Assembly (NCBI GenBank): GCA_905178155.1
Contig: CAJINV010000001.1
Coordinates: 10,472,311-10,536,310 of the forward strand
DNA length: 64,000 bases
Source of the DNA: Amoebophrya sp. A120
Taxonomy: Eukaryota; Protista; Dinoflagellata
Direction: 5' to 3'
The translations under genes and the position numbers were made by a program. This document shows, in pieces, positions 1-11,000 of the stretch (position 1 is its first letter; each line of letters begins with the position of its first letter). The notes beneath the pieces are model-generated. The model worked only from the letters and a program-made list of their open reading frames with translations. It did not search any database and was not told the origin of the DNA.

Positions 1-286
1 TAGCGCGAATCGGGATCCTTTCGCCGTAGTATAATCAATCTGTGTTGCCCACCTGGTGTGCGCCCTCTGATTGGTGCTACTATACGGAACGAGTGCAAGA
101 GCCGGTCTGCCAAGGCCACAAACCTCCAGCACGCTGTTCTCCTCCAGCTCTCGCCACTTGATGTTGCGACTGCGTAGGAGGGTTACGTTTCGCCGGGCCT
201 CCACAGCCTCGCTGTCCGGCGGGTTGCTGCAAGTATCGCAGGGCTAAAGAGCGGGCGCCGTGTCTGTTTGAAACAAGAGCGGATCA

Positions 287-314
287 AATACAATACAATA
301 CAATACAATACAAT
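287..314. repeat. (CAATA)n microsatellite
   Basis: aata-caata-caata-caata-caata-caat read directly from the sequence. Confidence 0.9.
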
Positions 315-1236
315 TTTCGGCAATCGCGCCCCTGTCTAGGTCATTTATCGCTCTTCAACAATCTTATGACTTCTAGCCGGTGCCCTCGTGAAAAACCAAA
401 ATGAACGAGTGGTCTTGGAAGCTCAGCTTTCACTACTTAGAAAGATACTCTATTCCTACCTGATTCTTGTTGTAAAGGCGGCGCAACAGTACGCACTAAT
501 AAAGGCAAAGGACCTCTACAAGCACGCGTTGTGAGAACTGCCTGCTACGAGCTTTTACTTTGTCCCTACCTTTTTTTTGCACGAACAAAAATGAACATTG
601 TACGTAGCCACTATGTGGGTCCGTCCAAAGGACAGACGCAATGTGTTTTTTTATGTCCACGTGCATGTTCTTTCATCGCTCGGTGTCCGTCACGACTAGC
701 TGAAGTTCGGTTCTCCTTGTTCTCATTGTCATTTTACAAAAATAAAAAACAAAAATCTCAATCGGTAATTGCCTATGTTCAATCGTGATCGGTCTGAAGA
801 CAAGTTTGAAAAGCCAAGCACATTGGATCCATGTCTGTCTTGTTGCACAGCTTGCGGTTGCGTTTGTCGGTAAGAAGTAATATGAGAAACATTGTTGTTC
901 GCCTGCTTCGTCATTACAAGTTCGCGACTCGTCAAGCATTATCACAACGAAAAAAAAACATTGACTACACTGCCATAAAGGTAAAGCCTCAGAAGACTAC
1001 ATTTGTGTTTACGAGCCTGGTGCCCTACTGACTGATTGCCTCATTATTATTTCCCTTCACTTAACGAATGGCTGCAAACCAGCACGACAAACAAGGAGCA
1101 TGATGTATCCACTTCCACAACATCTTCAGTATAATTTCATGTCGCTACTTGCAAAGGAAAAGTAGCTGCTCCCTCAACATCAAAGTCCAGTCCTCGTTCG
1201 ACCCGCTGCCCGGCGGCGGGAGAACAATTATACCAA

Positions 1237-3254
1237 ATGGGCTTCAACATCGGCATAGGGACGCCCATGGGCACTCCGCGGTACGCATCCGCGACTTACC
1301 ATGCCGGGAGTACTCCGATGACCACCCCCCGCGGAGGTGGGGGCGCGGCCATGGTGCAGACGCCGCGGAGCGTTTCCGGCGCCATGACGATGCTGACGCC
1401 CAGGGTAAACGCGGCGGTGACCAGCGGCGCAAGTGTCTTCCAACAAATCGTCCTCCACCCGACGTGCTTGCTGCACCGACTCCCCATTTGCTCGTCCTCC
1501 GGATTCAACGTTTACCCACGGTCAAAATCCTTGCTCCCCGAGAAGGTGAAGGAAGAGAAGAAGCCCAAGGAGAAAAAGAAGAAACTCACTTTGAAATCCC
1601 TCGTGAAACTGACGATGATGTTCCGGCCCGAGATCCGGCTCTACTTCCGCATGAACGGCTACGACGCCGGCCCGCTCTTCCAGGGCCGGGTGTCCGCGCG
1701 GGAAGGCGAGCTGCGGACCGTGGGCGACATTCTCCGGGTCCTGCGGCAAAAACTGACCCGGAATGTGCAGGCGTACGTCGAGAAATTGAAAGAGTTATTC
1801 CCCTACGAGTCCTCCGCCGGGAGGACCACCATTGGCATGTACTCCGCGAAGGCCGAAGACATCATAGACGAAGACGCGGACATTACCTTCGTCGAGGACG
1901 ACGACACACCACCAAACACCGCCGGCGCGATGAATAACGCGAACAAGCAGGACGACGGGCAGGATAAGGACCACATCACGGTCGACCACATTGGCGGTGT
2001 GTACACCCTATGCAATGCAGAAGTATCGTACTAGTATAAATGGCATTACAAATTGGCGTAGCATTACAAATTGAATTTGTAATGCGGATTTGCCTTAACA
2101 AGAAGATTTGTAATGCATAAATGCCATTTTAGTACGATACTTTTGCAGTGCATACACACCGACGATCAAACTCTTCTACATGGTATCAAAGGCAAAAATG
2201 TCTGGGACTGGGTCTGGAAGAGCCAAACTTGTGATGCTGCATTTGGATGCTGAAAAAACCGGTATTGCATGTTCAAATTTGGCTACGCGGAGAGGGCATT
2301 TGTCATGCAGGACGCGCATCGATAGGCTTAGGCGCTCAAAAAATCTGTGATGCTATTGCATACATCAGAGACATCATGGATCATGGAAAATGTGCATGAC
2401 AAACTTCTCCTCTTCCAGACCCAGACGTTTTTACATTTGATACATGGTGTCGCCCAACGACATTGCGCACTTCGATTTGTACGCGTTCATCCCCCAGCGC
2501 GGTATCAAATGCAAAAATGTCTGGGTCTGGAAGGGTTGGAACTTGTGATGCAAACTCTGGAACACACAAAAATTTGCGTTGCATGAGCGCCAAAAGCTGT
2601 CCATTTCTTGGCACGCAAGTAGGAAGTTTCTCATGCGGGACAGGCATCAGGAGGCGTGCTCAAAACCTGTGATGCCATTGCCTGCATCAGACGCCACTTG
2701 CGTGATCCGAAATATGCATGACAAATCTCAGAATCTTCCAGACCCAGACATTTTTGCATTTGATACGCGGCAGACCGGTGCAAAAACTCCTCCTCCAGCA
2801 GCTCACCTACTACCCCTGGAACAAGCAGATCAAGCGGTTCGGGTGCGACATGCTCCCGCACCCGCCGGGGAGCCGGAAGATCCTGTTCGAAACACCCAAG
2901 CCGCAGAAGAAAAACATCGTGGTCAAGTTCCATGTGGAATCCGATTGGCAGGAACTGCAGCAGTTGATGCGGTTCCTGTTTGACGACAAGGTGAAAAAGC
3001 ACCAGCAGGAGCTGAAAGAAACACAGAAAACGTTCGCGGAGACGTATTTCAAAACCAAGTTGGAGCGAGAAGCGGGTGTGACGAAGGAGCTGATGCTGTT
3101 GTCGGAAAAGCTGTTGGAGAAAAATTGCGGCAACGTGCAATTGGGGTTCGGGGATTCCGTGAAAACGGACATGAACGAAAACATGCGGAAAATGTTCGAT
3201 TTGTACATCAAATCCAAGCAGGAAATGCTCTGGGACGTCAGTTTGAAGGCGTGA
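1237..3254 (+). CDS. Hypothetical protein interrupted by three introner elements
   Basis: ORF 1237-2008 joins micro-exons at about 2160-2183 and 2448-2502 and a final exon to TGA at 3254 when 151, 264 and 268 nt are removed. The joined protein reads ...GGVYTPTIKLFYMVSPNDIAHFDLYAFIPQRGRPVQKLLLQQ... Start codon uncertain; no family recognised. Confidence 0.75.
2009..2154. mobile_element. Introner A (TIR non-canonical intron)
   Basis: Left TATGCAATGCAGAAGTATCGTACTA matches the reverse complement of the right end, TATGCACTGCAAAAGTATCGTACTA (23/25). Flanks CACCC/CACAC. Removing 151 nt restores the frame. Confidence 0.85.
2184..2442. mobile_element. Introner B (main TIR family)
   Basis: TATCAAAGGCAAAAATGTCTGGG...CCCAGACGTTTTTACATTTGATA. 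TSD CATGG at 2179-2183 and 2443-2447. Removing 264 nt keeps the frame. Confidence 0.92.
2503..2765. mobile_element. Introner C (main TIR family)
   Basis: Perfect 31-bp TIR TATCAAATGCAAAAATGTCTGGGTCTGGAAG at 2503-2533 and 2735-2765. TSD CGCGG. Removing 268 nt restores the frame. Confidence 0.95.
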
Positions 3255-5049
3255 GCTGCTTTCGGGAAAATGTACGGAACAATCTTTTTGCGTTCTGTTT
3301 TTTGTGTTTTCTATTTACGCTTGTTTTGCATTCATTCTTCACTATTCATTTTCATCATTCACTGTTTGGCCTCTGCGTAGGCCGCTTCACTAGTGTCATG
3401 CCAGTATCCACCTAGTATTTCACTTTTACACTTATTGATTTATGATTTTCTTTCTCATGATTTTCAGTTTCTTCCATATTGATTTACGCTTCGTTTATCA
3501 AATGACGCATTTTTAGTTGTACGTGAGCGTGAAGTTCTTTTTTCAGCTTCCATGCTGACATAGTGTCTCTCTTGTACTTTTCGCAAATGCCCGATACTCA
3601 TACGGAGGATGGGAATGGGGCTACTACACACAAAGCGACCGCGTGATTTTCCGAGGCAGAAATTGTGCCTCCCGCGGATGACTCCTTCTGTCATGCCTTT
3701 TTCCACTTCCAAAAGCGGCAATCGTGAATTCCTGAGAAATTGAGAGTTCAAGCAGATTTGGGCTCTACTCATGAAGTAGATGTTGATTAGGAGACCTTTT
3801 TTAGTTTTTGTCGGTTTTTTTTCCCCGTGTCTGTGTGTTGTCGTCGGTCTCTTGTGGCCGTAGCGGCAAGTGCGAAAGAGTCATCACTTAACCATCGGTG
3901 ATTTCGTGAAAAAATGACGCACGAGGCATTCGATCAGGCCTGAAAATAAAAGAAACGCAACAACGCAAATGTATGAAGATATCATCTGTTACTAGACATT
4001 AGCTGCAAAAGCGCTTGTCTATCTATCCATAGCTGCTCTGGTCCCGCCAAGCATCATCAAAAGGATACGCTCGGTTTTTTTAAGTTTTCACATGTTGTAG
4101 CGACAACGAGAAATCCAAATCGACGTTCGGTGATAAAGAAAGAAATTTTTCGCACAGGAGCTGTGAAAGCACAAGAGCAAGCGAAGAAGTAAGTAATTTG
4201 TTCTCTGTTTCATCCAGTAACCTCAAACAAAAAACTTGTTCTTCATCACACCAGTCTTCGCAGTTTCTGCCCGCTCCAATTTGATTAGCCCCAATTCTAG
4301 CAGCGAACGAGCAAAATTGCAGCCCTGATAGACGGCTTACATCTTCGTCTAATGAACTTTCTATCTCGAATATCTTTCGCGCCATTCCGAACTTGAATCG
4401 GTTTTTTTGTGCAGTTCGAGGCGTAATTTCTAGAGCTTCGTATGAAGCGCGGGAAGAGACGCAACGCCGACGCCCACTAGTGATTTTCGCACGAGTCGGG
4501 CAGCGCGAGCAGTAAGAAAGGTCTTGTCTTCACATCTTTCAAACCGATCTTACTCCGGTTCAAGTTTCTAAAGCGTAGCTTTCACTCTACATTGTTCGCA
4601 CGCGGCTTTCAGGATTCACGTCAAGAACATGTTCTGTCAATAGTGTTTTGATGCAGCAAAAGAAGACGTTCAGTGACCACCAGGGCGACTAGCTTTAGCT
4701 GACATTTCACATTGAGAAAAAGAAAACATCTATCATCAACGAATTCCATAGCTGTAACAAGAAAAGCTGAAGACTGTAAAAGTCCAAAATCAGAAGTAAA
4801 AGCTATCACTTCTTGCTGTTCCCCTACTCGAAATCCACGACCCTTATCATCATTTGCATTCTTGTTTCAAAAGCGACATGGTAATTTAGAAAAAAAAGCA
4901 AAAATGTCGCATTACTGAAGTCTAGCCGCCTTTACGCCGGACGCTGGCATAGGACGCGAACTAAGCGACGACCTTTTTTGCAGCGTCCGCAGTACTAAAG
5001 ACCTCTGCACCACCAGCGACTCTTTTTGCCTTTCTTTCACGACGTCGAC

Positions 5050-8000
5050 ATGGAGCCAGGAATGGAAAGGAGCACAGGAGAGCGGGCACAGCTCACGACC
5101 GCGACAGAAATGGAAAACCCAAACGGGGACTCCACTGATGTGCCAACTTCTCCTTCTTCCGCTGGCCCGTCGGACGTTCAAAATGATGATGATGAGAATA
5201 ACAAGACCTGGGCGGAATTCTTCCACGACCTGGATGCCAACAATCTCGGCGTCGACCTCTCCGGCGAGGGAAATACCAAAGACATCAAGATTGTAGATGA
5301 AAATCGCTACGGAAAGAGTGGAGATCCAATGCATTCGCAACAGCGCCCTTACTGGGACGGCATTCCGGCTGACCAAGCCCTCTATTCCAACAAGTACGAG
5401 GGCGAAGCTTGTGGCGTCGGCGCGATCTGCAACTTCAAGTCGAAAGCCAGCAGGGAGATCGTGGAGGCCGGGAAGGAGATGCTGATCCGGATGACGCACC
5501 GCGGGGCGACCACCAGGCCGATGGACGGAGATGGTGCAGGCATACTGTGCTCCATTCCCGACCGGTTTTTTCGCGAAATGACCTACCGTGACTTTGTTTT
5601 GCCCCCCGCCGGTGAGTACGGAGTGGGCATCATCTTTATGCCGAGGACCGAGGAGAAACGGCACGATTGCAGGGTGTTGATCAAAAAAGTCGCGAAGAAG
5701 CTCGGGTTGAGCGTTCTCGGCTACCGGCAGGTGCCGACGGACAGCACACACCTGGGACAATACGCTGCATTCACGGAACCGCACATGAGCCAGATTTTCG
5801 TCGCCTTGGACGAGGATTACTTCGAGAGGAACCAAATGACGCTTGACACTGCGAGCGTCTACTCGGTCGGGCACACGCACGCAAGGCAGATCTCCGCGAC
5901 AAGACGGCCCGGGATCGACGCTATCTTCGAAGACGGGGGCTCCCACAGTGTCAAAGACGACGATGAAATCACATCCGCGCCCAGCCCCAGAGGACCGATG
6001 GCGGCAGGTTTGTTTGGTTCATGCTGTGCTAGTGTGTAGTTTTTTGAATTTGATGTTCGTTTCTATATCAAGGTGAAAAATACGAGTTTACGCATCTACC
6101 ACGACATCCAAAAAAATTCAATAAAACAAAGATATGGACCGTGCGAACAGTTTCCGGTCGATGCGTGGGCAGAACAACCGTCTGCGCACCTTGTCCGCGG
6201 CCAGTTCGAACACGAGAGCGGACCACGCGGAGAAGTGCAGATTGCTGGAACTGAAGCTGTTTCTCCTCCGCCGACTGGTGTCGCTCCGCGGGAAGGAACT
6301 GTACTTCTGCTCGCTATCCAACAACATCATCGTGTACAAGGGGCAGCTCGTCCCCGAGCAGCTCTTCCGGTTTTTCGAAGACCTCGAGGATCCGCGCTTC
6401 ACCTGCCATTTAATCGTGGTGCACTCCCGGTTTTCCACGAACTCCTTCCCGTCCTGGTCGCGCGCGCACCCGCACCGGGTGTTAGCGCACAACGGCGAGA
6501 TCAACACGTTTCAGGGGAACGTCAACTGGATCCGTGCTCGGGAGGCGGCCATGGAAGCCTATGGGTCGGACATTCTGGCGAAGACGGGGTTCAGCTCGCG
6601 GCATTTGTTCCCGATGAACGAGGACGTCGGGTCGGATAGCAGTTTTCTGGACAATGTCGTGGAACTACTGACCGCCTGTTCCGGCCGCGACATCGCGGAG
6701 GTGATGCTGATGCTCATCCCAGAAGCGTGGCAAAACGATCCGACCTTGACCCCGGAAAGGAGAGCCTTCTACGAGTACCAGGCCTGTGCGATGGAACCGT
6801 GGGACGGGCCGGCACTGGTGATTTTCACCGATGGACACCAGCTGGGAGCGACACTGGATAGGAACGGGCTGCGACCGGGGAGGTAGTTTTTTGGAGTTTG
6901 TGGTTTTTTGTGGATGATGAACGAGGTATTTTGATGTCCCCGTCTTGATGAACGGAATTTTTCCCGTTCTCAGTTTTGCTAGCTTCGTAGAAAAGACTAC
7001 GTGCCCGTTTATCACAGGTACTACATTACCCAAGATGACCGGTTAATCCTGGCTTCCGAGGTCGGCGTCGTGGATGTGGACCCGCAGCTGATTGTCAGCA
7101 AGGGCCGGCTGCAGCCCGGAAAGATTCTCCTAGTGGATTTTGACGAGCAGAGGGTGCTTCCGGATACCGAGCTGAAGGAGAAGTACGCCAACAAGTACGA
7201 CTACGTTGACTGGCTCCGAAACGTGCCGCACGTGAGCAAGCACTTGGAGAAATCCACGGAGAAGTCGAACAACTTGACTCTCATCTCCGACGCCCGCATT
7301 GTCGAGGAATTGCTCACCTCTTCCGAAGATTCCGATCTCGGTCCGACGCCCACCGGCCAGCACGGTGCGACCGCGTCCAGTCTGGACAAAAATCAACAGC
7401 TGCGTACCGTGGATTCGCACAGCAGTTTCGCGTCGGAGGCCGCTGCGGAAAAGCAGTGGTCGAGTATGGAAATCCCGTACCTAACGTTGTTCGGCTACAC
7501 GCACGAGAAGGTGGAAATGATCCTAGGCCCGATGGCGCTGTCAGGCGCGGAGGCCCTGGGGTCTATGGGAAATGATGCCCCGCTTGCTTGTTTATCCAGA
7601 CTTCCTCGGTCCCCCTTCGACTACTTCTACCAGCTATTCGCACAAGCGACAAACCCGGCCATCGACCCTCTGCGCGAGGCTAACGTGATGAGCTTGGAGT
7701 GCCCGATTGGGCCGGAGGGGAACTTGCTTCAGGTGAGCCCCCAGTCGGTCCGACACCGGTGCTTTCTCGACGAGCCGGTCCTCGATCCGGAACGCTTCCG
7801 GGTGCTGCAAAAGATGCCGTGCCTGGAAAGCTACGCGGTGTTGGACTTGACCTACTCCAGCACCAGCACACATGACGTTGGCAGGCAGCAGTGGAACCAA
7901 AAAGCGTTTGAAAACGATACGGTATTGGAATTACGGCTGGCGCAACTCTGTAACGAAGCTGAAGCCGCGATCAAGATCGACGGTGTGTCGATGTTGGTGC

Positions 8001-11000
8001 TTAGTCACCGCCTGACCAGCCCGGAAACCATACCGATCGCTTCCTTGCTTGCGGTCGGAATTCTGAACCAGTTTCTGGTAGAGCGGAAATTGCGCAGTGA
8101 GGTAAGTTGTATCTATCAGCACGACTGCATTTTCATTTTTCTTCCGCTTGCATTCTCTTTCTCTGAGTCACACAAAAATCACCACAACATACATCAACAA
8201 ACAGGTCGCTATCGTCGTGGAGGGAGGCGACTGCTTTGAAATCCATCACTTCGCCCTACTCCTCGGTTACGGCGCAGACGCCGTCTTTCCCTACATGGCT
8301 TACCTCGCGCTGCAGCGCTGCCGGCGACCGAAGTACACCCAGGACTTCAGTCTGGCGACCAAGATTGAAAATTACCGCCGCGCCGTGCATCAAGGCCTGC
8401 TGAAGGTGATGAGCAAGTGCGGCATCTCGTGCCTCCAGAGCTACAAGGGAGCGCAGTTGTTCCAGGCGATCGGGATCAGTAACAAAGTGGTAAACAAGTG
8501 TTTCACCGGTACGGACGTCGCCCTCCAGGGGGTCGGGTTTGACATCTTCCACTTGGATGCGGTCCGACTGCACACCATCGCGTTTCAGCAGATGCGGTTG
8601 CCCCCCCTGGTGGACGAAGAGTCCCGGGAGCTGCCAGACTGGGGCGAGTACCACTTCTATCGCACGAAAAAAGTGTTACAGTTACACATTTGTTGTCAAT
8701 TTAGCAACACAAATTTCTCGGCATGAGAGAGAAAACTTGCAATGCAGAAATCCTACGGGAAAACACCTATGAAAGGAGGCCCCTATCATGCATATCCGGC
8801 ATGACAGAGCTTGTCTGTCTTGCTTGGCCTGCAACACAGTGTGTAACTGTAACACTTTTTTCTCAGGATAACTTCCGCTCCGTCGGGGAGCAGAACGAGT
8901 TCCACATGAACTCCCCGTATCAAATGTAAAAATGTCTGGGTCTGGAAGAGTGCATGTTTGTCATGCTTGTCTGGCATGACTCTCAAATCTGTCATGCGCG
9001 TTACCCAAGAGCTCCATTTTTCTGCGATGCAGAAACGCAGTTTGTCATGCAGAATAGGCAACACCTAGAAGCTCAGAAACTTGTCATGCTGAGCCAGCAT
9101 TTGTGGCCTCATCATGAGACGACACCCAGCATCACAAGTTTCCAGACCCAGACACTTTTGCATTTGATACCCCGGACGTGATCGCGAAACTCCAGCAGGC
9201 GGCGAAGACGAACAGCACGAAAGCCTTCCGCACTTACGAGGAGTACCAGGACAAGATTTCGGAGCAGGGCGAGGTCCGCGGGCAACTGGAATTCGCGTAT
9301 CACGAAGACGGACCCTTGGACTTGGCCGAAATCGAGCCGGCGAGCGAAATCGTGAAGCGGTTCGTCACGGGCGCGGTCAGTTTGGGCAGCATTTCCGAAG
9401 AAGCGCACAAGGCGCTCGCGCTGTCCATGAACCGGGCCGGGTCCAGATCCAACACCGGGGAGGGTGGTGAGGAGTCGGAACGGTTCACCGCTTTGAAACA
9501 CTCCGGCTTGATCAAGGCCGGCGCCGTGGACTGGGAGGTGGAGAAAAACGACAGTTTCCGGTCGAAGATCAAACAGGTCGCCAGCGGGCGGTTTGGCGTT
9601 ACGACGCAGTATTTAGTGAACGCAGACGAGCTGCAGATCAAGCTCTCCCAGGGCGCGAAGCCGGGCGAAGGAGGGGAACTACCCGGGTACAAAGTGATCG
9701 GGAAAATCGCAGAGGTGCGGCAGAGCACCCCGGGAGTGGGACTAATATCGCCCCCGCCGCACCACGACATGTACTCGATCGAGGATGTCGCCCAGCTGAT
9801 CTCGGATTTGAAGCACGTGAACCCGGAGGCGCGAATTTCGGTGAAACTCGTTTCCCGCGTTGGCGTCGGAATCATCGCCAGTGGCATTGTGAAGGGGAAA
9901 GCGCAACACGTCACGATTTCGGGCGGAAATGGAGGTACCGGTGCCGCGAAGTGGACCTCAATTAAGCGCACGGGGTTGCCGTGGGAAATCGGGCTTGCGG
10001 AGACCCATCAGACTCTGAATCTGAATGGCATTCGGCAAAATGTGTGTTTGCAAACCGACGGGCAGATCAGAACGGCCCGGGACATCCTCGTTGCGTTCCT
10101 GCTCGGCGCCGACGAGGTTGCAATGACCACCGCACCGCTGATCACTTTGGGGTGCATCATGATGCGGAAGTGCCATTTGAACACCTGTCCAGTCGGCGTT
10201 GCGACGCAAGATCCGGAGCTACGTGCGAAATTTGACGGGCATCCAGAACACCTGATTAACTACTTGTTTCTTCTCGCGAACGAGGTGCGCCGCTACATGG
10301 CGCAGTTGCGGGTAACCTCGGTCAAAGAGCTGATCGGGCGTGCGGATTTGCTGCGACCGAGGCCGGCCACGTTTCAGAACCGGAAAACCGCGCAGTTGGA
10401 TTTCGAAGCGCTGCTCACTCCGGCTTGGACCATGAACAGCTTGGTCATGCAAGACCAGGCACCGCAACTACACCAGGAGACGATCGACCGCCGAGGCAGT
10501 CCGGCCGCGGCGGTCCGGCGCGGGACGCGTCGTGCTCCTGGGAACTACATTTGCTGCGGTGGGTCCGCGACGGCGGACGCGTTGGATCACTTCTTGGTGT
10601 CAAACTGCAAACCCCTGAAGGAATTCCAGCCGGCGCAGTCGTTCGGCCAGACACGTACTAGATGTGACTCAAATTTTGTCTCGTGCTGTTCATCTTTTGA
10701 GAGCTGTGTATTGTAATGGTAATATGCGACGCGTAGCGATTATATCAGTTCACATGATCAAGCAAGAGGGTTGCACACTCCGACACCAGGCTGGCTGCCC
10801 GGTGTCGACCAGCTTCGGCTGGGTCTCTGTCCTTTGTCCAGAAATACCGCATTGTCTTGGCTCGCCTAGATTTTGCGTTTTTTCGTCTCTTCGGTTCTCG
10901 GAGAGTGGATATTTGACGGAGGAGTGTCTCGATGAGAAAGCGAGGCGCACTTGTGCGCCTCAGGCCTTCGCTCTGGTTCTGCTTCGCAGTTCCGCCTTGT

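Noticed and set aside
2184-2765. CRISPR-like appearance of about 30-bp repeats with spacers
   Set aside because: The repeats are inverted pairs with TSDs, spacing is irregular, the context is eukaryotic, and there are no cas genes.
2579-2983. ORF 2579-2983 as the continuation of the first gene
   Set aside because: Applying element + 5 nt removal to A, B and C leads into the 2718-3254 frame, which is longer and more protein-like.
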